This document shows, in pieces, positions 56,449 through 64,000 of a stretch of DNA of 64,000 bases. Below the pieces are notes generated by a model. The model was not told the DNA's origin and made no database searches. It saw only the letters and a program-made list of their open reading frames with translations. Position 1 is the stretch's first letter; each line of letters begins with the position of its first letter. This stretch comes from a virus, in IMG/VR virus record IMGVR_UViG_3300031965_000001, positions 7,267 through 71,266 of that record. The stretch is one strand, 5' to 3'. Position numbers and translations under genes: made by a program.

Positions 56449-58398
56449 TCAATTATCAGTGTTGTCTTCTTCCTCTCCCGATCCTATCTCCTCACCACCT
56501 TCATCTTGCTGCCCATCTTCTGCGACACCCGCATCATCAGAAGTGGGCGCAGATACGATAATATCCTCTTCTCCAAGACCATTAATTGGGTGAACAGAAT
56601 TCGGGAGATAGATAAGGTGGACATCAGCATACGGTACATTCGATACCCTGGGCATATTCAACATCTCCCTACCCTCATTTATGGTTATCTCACCAACCCT
56701 AACCATATCTTTGACTATTTCACTATCCTCTTTCATATCAGTAAGATCTGGCGGATAGAACACAAACCGACCACTGAAACCAAAGTCTTGCCTAATCATC
56801 TTGGTAAATTTATATGCGATTAGCATCTGAAGAGGTCTGACCTGATCATGATAGAATGTCTCTCTTTGGTCCCTAGAATTGGAATTATGTACAAGAATAC
56901 CATTGGCGATGAAATTGTGTGAATCTTCAACCTCAATATCGTATGTCATTTCTTTCCTTCCTGTTTTCTCAATAGAATCTACAGTCTGGGTTCTTAGCTT
57001 CCTGAAAAACTTTTTATCAGTATTGTCAAAAACAATAATAGAATCACCCTCCATAAGCTGATCAGCATTGCACCAAACGAAGTCCTCATCATACATTTCA
57101 TCAACGAGTGCAAACGGATGGTTGGCCGTACAATTAATCTCTTTCCCGCCACATGTGATTTTATAAATTTCCTTTTCTCCATTTTCAAAAATATTTATTA
57201 CCTTTCTCTCTTCCAGTTTTCCATCATCGAATGAGTATACCATATCTCCAACTTCTATTTCAGAAATAGGTTTGCGCCCTTCTACCATTGAAACGACTGT
57301 CTCCGCAGTCAGACACCTATTCGCATTTTCGACTAGATTGAGAAGAATCGGCGGGACTCCATACGCCATAAAAACCATCTCCCTTAGATATTTCATAAGA
57401 TTCAAATACGCCCCTTCTGGCTGGTGTTGATTGAGGAATTTCACCTCAAAATCTGCGTTGTCCTCCCCCTGCAAGTTAATAATAGGAACCTTATTCCACC
57501 TCTTCTCTTCATGGATAACCTCTTCAATATATTCTTCAAGCTCCATGAGCTGCTCGTCACTAATTGACCCTCTCTTAACAACGAAAAGGAACTTCTGTAA
57601 CCAACCATGTTCAAATTGGTCTATATTAAATTCCTCTGTATATTTTGCCATCAGAAGAACCCTCGATAAAGATATTGCCGGAGATTGCCCATAATATTTA
57701 CTATCTGGATTAGAGAGCTTGAACCACATTATCTCTGTCATTTTTTTCTGACGAGATCCCTTTGGCGGCTTCCGTGCGAACCCTTCTGATTCAACGCGCA
57801 TATCTCTCTCAGGTGTATATTTGTTGTACCAAACAATTTCATCTTTCATGTTTAATGTTTCATCAATCTCAACGAATCTCTGCCCAGTCCTGAATGCACC
57901 ATATTTTTTGTCATCAGACCTTCCTCTGGCAACACGCATTTTTCCTATCGGTGCTCTATAAAATCCAGATGGTTTACCGTCAACACTCCCTGCGAATCTT
58001 GTTATCTCCATGGCGGCAGAACCCGTATTAAGGAGATCCGTAACCAAATCTTCCATCTCTACAGCAAATGGAGAATCTGGGTTCCCATTTTCAAAAAATT
58101 CAGTGACATCACTCGGCACTGCCTGCGCAGTATTATCAGGAACAACCCCATACCCGTTTTTTGTGACTGACCCAGCTGTGACATCTATACATCTCTGCAA
58201 TGTTGCGTTTTCAGAATATAGATTGATTAAAGAGTCAAATGGGAATGTAGGATGTAAAACGCCTATATCTTTCAAGATTCCCTCTTCTTTTTCATCATCT
58301 ACCTGTTGGCTTTGAACATGGCTTTTCCCCAATAAAACAACAGATGACTCCTTTTTTGAAGTATCTCCTGCCAATGTCTTCTTAGTCTTCTTTGCCAC
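56449..58398 (-). CDS. Portal protein with intein
   Basis: CIDVTAGSV, LLNTGSAAME, YYGQSP, AYGVPPILL, ITINEGREML. Confidence 0.92.
   Translation of the reverse strand: MAKKTKKTLAGDTSKKESSVVLLGKSHVQSQQVDDEKEEGILKDIGVLHPTFPFDSLINLYSENATLQRCIDVTAGSVTKNGYGVVPDNTAQAVPSDVTEFFENGNPDSPFAVEMEDLVTDLLNTGSAAMEITRFAGSVDGKPSGFYRAPIGKMRVARGRSDDKKYGAFRTGQRFVEIDETLNMKDEIVWYNKYTPERDMRVESEGFARKPPKGSRQKKMTEIMWFKLSNPDSKYYGQSPAISLSRVLLMAKYTEEFNIDQFEHGWLQKFLFVVKRGSISDEQLMELEEYIEEVIHEEKRWNKVPIINLQGEDNADFEVKFLNQHQPEGAYLNLMKYLREMVFMAYGVPPILLNLVENANRCLTAETVVSMVEGRKPISEIEVGDMVYSFDDGKLEERKVINIFENGEKEIYKITCGGKEINCTANHPFALVDEMYDEDFVWCNADQLMEGDSIIVFDNTDKKFFRKLRTQTVDSIEKTGRKEMTYDIEVEDSHNFIANGILVHNSNSRDQRETFYHDQVRPLQMLIAYKFTKMIRQDFGFSGRFVFYPPDLTDMKEDSEIVKDMVRVGEITINEGREMLNMPRVSNVPYADVHLIYLPNSVHPINGLGEEDIIVSAPTSDDAGVAEDGQQDEGGEEIGSGEEEDNTDN
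56884..57315 (-). other. Mini-intein, 144 aa, no homing endonuclease
   Basis: ANR|CLTAET...TANHPF...YDIEV...HNFIANGILVHN|S. Confidence 0.93.
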
Positions 58399-58456
58399 TT
58401 ACACCACATCATACTTATTATTTACACAAACGCAAGGGTTTCCGCATGTCTAATGC

Positions 58457-58927
58457 CTAAAAATCTGGGTACAATGCCAAACAGCCCTGAATATCAGACT
58501 TATACCTCGATTCAACCACATTGTCGTAAAACATGAATTTACCAACAATTTTCGATTGCATACAGGTAACGAACCCCTCGTATTCATCGTGCCCTTCGAC
58601 TGATCCTGAAGAAGTATAATATACCAATGGATCATCGGAAACCGTGATATTAGCCCAATACTGATCAAGGCACCTTTTTGCATCTAATCGAAGATTGAGA
58701 ACTGGCACATCCACCGAAAGCTCGTCCTCTATACAATCATAATATTCTTCGTGGATATTCCTTGTTTTCTCATCGTTTTCAATATACTTGGTTACTTCTT
58801 GTTTGCTATTGATGGCCAGATGGTTAGCAGGCACGATAGCCGCTTCCCTATAATCCAAGACCAACCATATAGCCAACATAAAAACTGCAATAGTGGCACC
58901 GACGATTTTTAGAAAATTTTGAGACAT
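58457..58927 (-). CDS. Membrane-anchored/exported hypothetical protein
   Basis: TM helix after MSQNF; start uncertain. Confidence 0.55.
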   Translation of the reverse strand: MSQNFLKIVGATIAVFMLAIWLVLDYREAAIVPANHLAINSKQEVTKYIENDEKTRNIHEEYYDCIEDELSVDVPVLNLRLDAKRCLDQYWANITVSDDPLVYYTSSGSVEGHDEYEGFVTCMQSKIVGKFMFYDNVVESRYKSDIQGCLALYPDF

Positions 58928-58985
58928 TCGATATTGGGAAGGAGAACACCATAAGAGGGAAAAATTCCCCCTCATGCTAACCTCT

Positions 58986-59159
58986 TTAGCGGCAAAGATG
59001 ATGCTGCCCCCTACGAACCTCTGCTCCCCATCGTGCCTCATGCGTTTCAGACACTGCATGGTTTGCAATGAACGTAGTATATAGCTGCCCATCATGGCGA
59101 ACTCCATCGCAGAAGTTGGCACCAACTGACAGATACAAGGCGATAAGTGCAAAACCCAT
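58986..59159 (-). CDS. Small hypothetical protein
   Basis: ATG 59159 preceded by TTTTTCTCCAATTTTAT. Confidence 0.4.
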   Translation of the reverse strand: MGFALIALYLSVGANFCDGVRHDGQLYTTFIANHAVSETHEARWGAEVRRGQHHLCR

Positions 59160-59367
59160 ATAAAATTGGAGAAAAATATAAGAGTTTTCAGTGTAGCAGA
59201 AACAAACTTGGAAGTCAAGACCTGTTTCCCCTTTTCTTCTTTTTCCTGTATTCCGCCGGAGCAAATGGGTCAGCACCAAATTTATATCCAGAATCCTCAA
59301 GTTCCTTTGCATATTCGTGACAATACATCCCTGGCACTTTGCTGTTCTTTCTTTTCTTCGCCATATA

Positions 59368-59751
59368 CTAATCGTAGCCTATATTGCCCTCTTGTGGAAG
59401 GGAAATCGCCTCTCGCAACAATTCTCTCACATCTCTTCCCTCTTTATGGAATCTGGGTCTCGAAAGTTGTATCGCAAACCCCCTTAGGTGTGGGTGATAA
59501 GAAAGAGAAAAATGCGTATTGTGCTTTTGCCTAAGAGCCTCCAACAATGTTACCCCGTCATTCAGGCTAACCTGATTTGGTTTCCTCATAGACACGCTCT
59601 GCACACTCGCTAATATTTTTCCCCTCGCAGCATTTTTTGATGTAGCCCTGCACGCCTTGCAAACCCCCTCTTTTCCGTCTGGCCTCCTCTTATCTGCCCT
59701 GAACATCTCTATTGGTTTTTGTGTTCCGCATTTGTTGCAAGATTTTTCCAT
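59368..59751 (-). CDS. Zn-finger protein (HNH-associated finger, no nuclease domain)
   Basis: CNKCGTQKPIEMF...DG...CKAC. Confidence 0.6.
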   Translation of the reverse strand: MEKSCNKCGTQKPIEMFRADKRRPDGKEGVCKACRATSKNAARGKILASVQSVSMRKPNQVSLNDGVTLLEALRQKHNTHFSLSYHPHLRGFAIQLSRPRFHKEGRDVRELLREAISLPQEGNIGYD

Positions 59752-59815
59752 TTTTGAGAATTGTGAAGTTAATTGGTGACTGATTTTAGCTGAGGGAACG
59801 GTCGGTGTCAACCCC

Positions 59816-61810
59816 CTAGAACGGCAAATCGTCTGGTTTTTCCTCTTTCTTTTTTTGTTTCTTCGGTGCTTTCAGAAGGGAGATTTCCTTCTCTCTCGTT
59901 AGCTCCTGCTTCGTCCCTATCTTTTGATCGACATATTCATATTCAAAAGTATATGGGTTAAATTTCATCACTATCGTCTTTTCCCCGACTGGAGAACGTA
60001 TCTTTGGCATCATAAAGTGTGTTTCATTGATGTCTGTCCCGAGATCATCGCTTCTATCTCTCCACATATTTATGACGACGTTCGCCGTTTGCACTATTGA
60101 ACTCGAATCTTTGAATGAGTCTAGCGTAGGCTTCTCACCTCGCAATTTATGATAATGAGCAACCAATAATATGGCTACCTCTAGCTTATCAGCAAGTCCC
60201 TTTATTCTCTGCATAACCTCTTCTATTGCATCTGCCTTTGTTCTGTTCTGCACACCAATATTGAAGAAGTGAAGGTGATCTATCCCAAATAATTTGTATC
60301 CCCTTTCCGCAGATTTTATTATTAGATCTTCCAATGTATCGACATCCATTTTTTTGGGTGCATCTTCGTGCCCTCTGTCATAAAATATAAGATTCCCACT
60401 ATCCTTGGTCATCCGCTCTGCCTCTTCCCTTTCTTCTGCGTAAGAAGAACTAACTATATTATTGTTTCTAAATTCCTTCCATGGATAATTTTTGTGACCA
60501 GCCCTCTTTCTAATTTTCCCGATTGAAAACCACAACTGCTTTAGTGTGTAGTCCAAGAGAGTATCCTCTAGGGAGAAAAGAACTACTTTATGCCGTAGAG
60601 AATTATGCCTTAAAATGCTTGTAATAAAAGAACTTTTCCCGAGTCCTGACTCTCCGCCCACTAAAACAACCTCGCTGGGATATATTCCTCCCAAGTGATC
60701 ATCTAGCGGTGCGTACCCATAAGAGAATATACTATTCGGATCAAGTTCGTCAATGTATTTTGCTGATTTGTCCACCATTGTATCCAGCGTCACAAATGGG
60801 AATGAGTTCTTTTTCTTCTCTTCATATTCTCTTTTCGACGCTTCTCTGACTTGCTGATAATTTTTTCTGAACCATGCAAAGGTGTCTTTTGAATCAAGTT
60901 TTAACCATGTTTTCACAAATGAGAACGGCGAATACCCCTCCGAATCTGGCGGGAGATGGTCTGTCCCTCCATGAACGAGAAAATTCCCCTTATCCGCGAC
61001 AAAACATGCCTTGGGCTTCGTATCTCCTCCACTGTAAAAATGATTTTTCTCTAGTCTCCAGCCAGTAAGACTGGCAACGATCCCCCCGATTGGGATTGAG
61101 TTTATCACAGATAGCGTGTTGTCTGGATCTGACGGCTCTATTGAATTTTCAGGCTCCTCATCGGAAAAAATGGCTAGTGCTTTCCCCACATCCTGAATTT
61201 CATGTATTTTGAATGTTCTATCTTGATAGTAGAGAATTTCTACTAGTGTGTGTTGACCGTTTTTATTGTTGTACGTTCCTGGGAATCTCGAAAGTCTTGC
61301 TGCATTTTTGCACGCTGGGTCTATCTCTATTCCAACAGTTCTCACCGCCTCTTCTATAAAATGCTCCACCCCTAACCTCCACCATAATTTATCTTCTACC
61401 TCAACTGTATCTCCTATAAAATGTATATGGATGCCATTAGCTGTAAAAACAAGATATCTCCAATTTCGTAATTCTGTGTGGGAATCTAGTTTGTCAACAA
61501 TATACCCAGCCGCACTGTTTTTTATCTCCTCTTTGGATATCTCTTTACCATACTGTTTTTTGTGCCATTCCCTGATATCAAAATCTAAGAAAAAGCTATT
61601 CTTGTGAGTTATGTGATCATCCTTTGCTCTCCCCTTGGTTCCTATTTTTACACCCCCCAAAAAATATAAATCCTCATTCTCATGTTTTTTAATTATTTCT
61701 GTTGGGAATTTATCTTTTTCTAAAACTGAATATACTGTGTAGAGATTTCCAAATTGCAAATCGCAGCCGTCAATAATAAGATCGTTCTGAAACTTTAGGA
61801 GGTTGCTCAT
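59816..61810 (-). CDS. Primase-helicase (AEP-like primase plus DnaB-like SF4 helicase)
   Basis: FFLDFD, NGIHIHF, RLSRFPGTYNNK; GGESGLGKS, GIDHLH, LVAH, KDSSSIVQTANVV. Confidence 0.88.
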   Translation of the reverse strand: MSNLLKFQNDLIIDGCDLQFGNLYTVYSVLEKDKFPTEIIKKHENEDLYFLGGVKIGTKGRAKDDHITHKNSFFLDFDIREWHKKQYGKEISKEEIKNSAAGYIVDKLDSHTELRNWRYLVFTANGIHIHFIGDTVEVEDKLWWRLGVEHFIEEAVRTVGIEIDPACKNAARLSRFPGTYNNKNGQHTLVEILYYQDRTFKIHEIQDVGKALAIFSDEEPENSIEPSDPDNTLSVINSIPIGGIVASLTGWRLEKNHFYSGGDTKPKACFVADKGNFLVHGGTDHLPPDSEGYSPFSFVKTWLKLDSKDTFAWFRKNYQQVREASKREYEEKKKNSFPFVTLDTMVDKSAKYIDELDPNSIFSYGYAPLDDHLGGIYPSEVVLVGGESGLGKSSFITSILRHNSLRHKVVLFSLEDTLLDYTLKQLWFSIGKIRKRAGHKNYPWKEFRNNNIVSSSYAEEREEAERMTKDSGNLIFYDRGHEDAPKKMDVDTLEDLIIKSAERGYKLFGIDHLHFFNIGVQNRTKADAIEEVMQRIKGLADKLEVAILLVAHYHKLRGEKPTLDSFKDSSSIVQTANVVINMWRDRSDDLGTDINETHFMMPKIRSPVGEKTIVMKFNPYTFEYEYVDQKIGTKQELTREKEISLLKAPKKQKKKEEKPDDLPF

Positions 61811-61898
61811 TGGGAATCAATTATGCTCTGCTATTGCCATATCCGCAAATGAACGTGGGTTGAAAATAAGAAAAAATGTTTTAACAAACAAAAAGAAA

Positions 61899-61916
61899 GG
61901 CCGCTTGGGAGCGGCC
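61899..61916 (-). terminator. Rho-independent terminator
   Basis: GGCCGC-6-GCGGCC plus T-run on the minus strand. Confidence 0.6.
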
Positions 61917-61937
61917 ACACGTGATAGTCTAAATTTT

Positions 61938-62249
61938 CTAAAGAATCTTTATAATCTCGTCCATGGCATTTATAAAATCTCCAACTTTGTCTACTTTAAT
62001 AATGTTTTTGTCTTTTAGGACTTTTAGAATTTCAAAAGCCTGTTTTCCTTTATCAATGGACTTTTCCTGAATATATACTGGATATGTTTCTTTTATGACA
62101 TGCGGGTAATAATAATCTCTCCAATATCCCCAGCATGTCATCCCTGATTCCTGTGGAGAAATATAATCTGTCGTAACACTTACGCCCAAATTATCTCCAA
62201 CTGGAGAATTCATCATTGACATTACCTGTGATTTATTAAGATTTTCCAT
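61938..62249 (-). CDS. Hypothetical protein
   Basis: 103-aa ORF. Confidence 0.55.
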   Translation of the reverse strand: MENLNKSQVMSMMNSPVGDNLGVSVTTDYISPQESGMTCWGYWRDYYYPHVIKETYPVYIQEKSIDKGKQAFEILKVLKDKNIIKVDKVGDFINAMDEIIKIL

Positions 62250-62330
62250 AGTTTTTGCAATTGGAAGGCGGATAAAAAACGACTATCAAGTGCAATCTGA
62301 ATATACTCTTCCGATTCTGACTGTCAACCC

Positions 62331-62693
62331 TCAACACCAAAGTGCTCTCATATATTCCCCAAGAAGTCGTAGCCCCTCTTCTCGCCTCCTAGCTCTTATT
62401 GAAAATTCGTCGGGACTCAGTTCTGAAAAATATTTGTCCTCATTTGCAGTAAAATCGACTGCGTCAATCATCTCGTCCACAATATCATGCCAATCTCCAT
62501 CTTTGTATTCCTGTTCTCCCACATATTTTCTATTAAATTTTTGGAACTCCTTTAGCCTTGGTAGTAGCCAGACACAAAGCGTGTGGTCCAATGACCATAG
62601 ATCTTCATCTGAGAAGCCTCTTGTTAATTTCTGCCATTTATATTTGATGTATCTAAGCGGTCTCATCTTTTTTATAGAATTCTTTCGTATCAA
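62331..62693 (-). CDS. Hypothetical phage protein
   Basis: RGFSDEDLWSLD...W..IVDEMI...EEGLRLLGEY. Confidence 0.6.
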   Translation of the reverse strand: MIRKNSIKKMRPLRYIKYKWQKLTRGFSDEDLWSLDHTLCVWLLPRLKEFQKFNRKYVGEQEYKDGDWHDIVDEMIDAVDFTANEDKYFSELSPDEFSIRARRREEGLRLLGEYMRALWC

Positions 62694-62967
62694 TGTCTGT
62701 CATATATTTTACAATTTCTGATATTTTTTCTCCAGACACTATCATCTTTTGCATACTCGATACTATATCTTCTCCATCATCCATCATACGATGTATAGAC
62801 ATATTACTCAAAACATGGCTAAAAATATGAACTGCGTTCATCACATCCTCATCTGTATATCGAATATGTTTAGATTTGTCTCCCGCATCTAGCTCCAACA
62901 TCGCTGATGCCATTTCATTTAATAGTTCTGATATTTTTGGACCTGTGCTGGGGTGTGGCTTGGTCAT
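62653..62967 (-). CDS. Hypothetical protein
   Basis: 104-aa ORF. Confidence 0.55.
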   Translation of the reverse strand: MTKPHPSTGPKISELLNEMASAMLELDAGDKSKHIRYTDEDVMNAVHIFSHVLSNMSIHRMMDDGEDIVSSMQKMIVSGEKISEIVKYMTDIDTKEFYKKDETA

Positions 62968-62970
62968 AGA

Positions 62971-63144
62971 TTATTGTGGGAATCCCATTTCCTTTAAAAT
63001 TTCCAAATATTCCTCTCTCGTCTCTTCTTTAATTCTTTCGTTTGCTATGATGGTATCTTCTCCCCTTTTAGTTGCCTCAAGGAACATATTCTTGACTTTC
63101 TCATCGAATTCTTCCATGCGCCGTGATGGTTCCACCTTGGTCAT
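62971..63144 (-). CDS. Small hypothetical protein (57 aa, not in track)
   Basis: ATGA overlap with the recA stop; MTKVEPSRRMEEFDEK... Confidence 0.5.
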   Translation of the reverse strand: MTKVEPSRRMEEFDEKVKNMFLEATKRGEDTIIANERIKEETREEYLEILKEMGFPQ

Positions 63145-64000
63145 TCAGCGGTGGAGTTTCGGATAACCTCTTCGATTTCTTTTTGGAGTTTTTGATCACC
63201 AGAGACTTCCTCTCTCATCGCAACCTCACCTTTCCATTTTCTATCTGCGAATGAAATCATTGGACCTGATTTTTTAATCACTCCTGTCATTAGACCAGTG
63301 GTTATTATGTCTTGCACAAGATCAAAACCTAGACCATATCGGATAATCACCTTCGTCTTCCCGAATGGCTTTCCTACTTTATTCTTCTTTACATCAATCG
63401 TCGTCTCCCCAGTCTTCTCATCTATCTTTTTTGATGACGCGTGTAGAACGATGCTCGATGCGTAGGGTAGGGCTTTCCCACCTGGGCTTGTGATTGGATT
63501 TCCATACATAGCCATACTTGCCCTGAGCTGGTTGATGAAGATGCAGGTACATTTGTTTTTAGATGCCTTGGGTGAAATTTTCCTCAATGCCTGACCCATG
63601 AGTCTAGCCCTTGCCCCGAACTCTGCATCTCCTATCTCTTTTGTCAGTTCCACATTTGGAGTGAGCTGCGCTACAGAATCCAAAACAACGACCTTAAATT
63701 CCCCAGAAGAAACGAGGGCATCCATTATTTCTAATGCCCCCTCTGCTGAGTCTGGCTGGGAAAGAAAAATATTATCAATATCTAGTCCCAATGTCCTTGC
63801 ATAATCTGGAGATAGGGCGTGTTCTATGTCAAGAAACGCCAACTTCTTATTGGGATACTTTTTTTGTGCCTGCGCCAAAATCGTTATCGCAAGACTGGTT
63901 TTCCCGCTGGCTTCCATTCCAAGAATACTCATTATTCTGCCCTCTGGGATTCCTCCTCCGATAATAAGGTCAAGGCTAGGAAGACCAGACGAAAATCTGT
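63141..64000 (-). CDS. recA: RecA/UvsX recombinase (5' end outside the window)
   Basis: SGLPSLDLIIGGGIPEGR, GMEASGKT, VVLDSVA, FINQLR, GGKAL, KNKVGKPF. Confidence 0.95.
   Translation of the reverse strand, partial: RFSSGLPSLDLIIGGGIPEGRIMSILGMEASGKTSLAITILAQAQKKYPNKKLAFLDIEHALSPDYARTLGLDIDNIFLSQPDSAEGALEIMDALVSSGEFKVVVLDSVAQLTPNVELTKEIGDAEFGARARLMGQALRKISPKASKNKCTCIFINQLRASMAMYGNPITSPGGKALPYASSIVLHASSKKIDEKTGETTIDVKKNKVGKPFGKTKVIIRYGLGFDLVQDIITTGLMTGVIKKSGPMISFADRKWKGEVAMREEVSGDQKLQKEIEEVIRNSTAE

Noticed and set aside
58928-59218. Long N-terminal extension of the 58457-59218 ORF
   Set aside because: Overlaps a better-signalled small ORF starting at 59159; the TM-bearing product more plausibly starts near 58927.
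1-64000. Stop-codon reassignment
   Set aside because: Long conserved genes are intact in code 11, and both TGA and TAG end genes at coupled junctions.
1-64000. CRISPR array, tRNA genes, diversity-generating retroelement
   Set aside because: No spaced repeats, cloverleafs, reverse transcriptase or TR/VR pair seen by eye. tRNAscan-SE and a repeat finder would confirm.

Overview
The window is part of a long-tailed (siphovirus-type) dsDNA phage genome read in genetic code 11, mostly on the minus strand. It holds a head-neck-tail module (HK97-fold capsid, prohead protease, tail tube, frameshifted tail chaperones, tape measure, Dit, hub, Gly-rich fibre). The portal lies about 12 kb from the capsid genes and carries a mini-intein. 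Replication/recombination genes include primase-helicase, RecA, a Rad52/Sak-like annealase, a PD-(D/E)XK nuclease, RuvC and HU, and there is an RNA-repair cluster plus six HNH genes. No terminase, DNA polymerase, integrase, tRNA or CRISPR array was seen. Lack of Shine-Dalgarno sites and several protein features suggest, by inference only, a Patescibacteria/CPR host. Main discoveries read from the sequence: (1) a TnpB gene bounded by IS1595-like terminal inverted repeats and an 8-bp target duplication rather than IS200/IS605 ends; (2) an IS1595 element carrying a type II restriction-modification system inserted into an HNH gene; (3) a separately promoted CDP-ribitol/teichoic-acid-like operon next to the tail fibre and a prolyl-hydroxylase-like gene; (4) a conserved kissing-loop RNA leader on two divergent HNH genes; (5) two non-SD initiation modes, leaderless mRNAs and a TTCCCAATT upstream motif.
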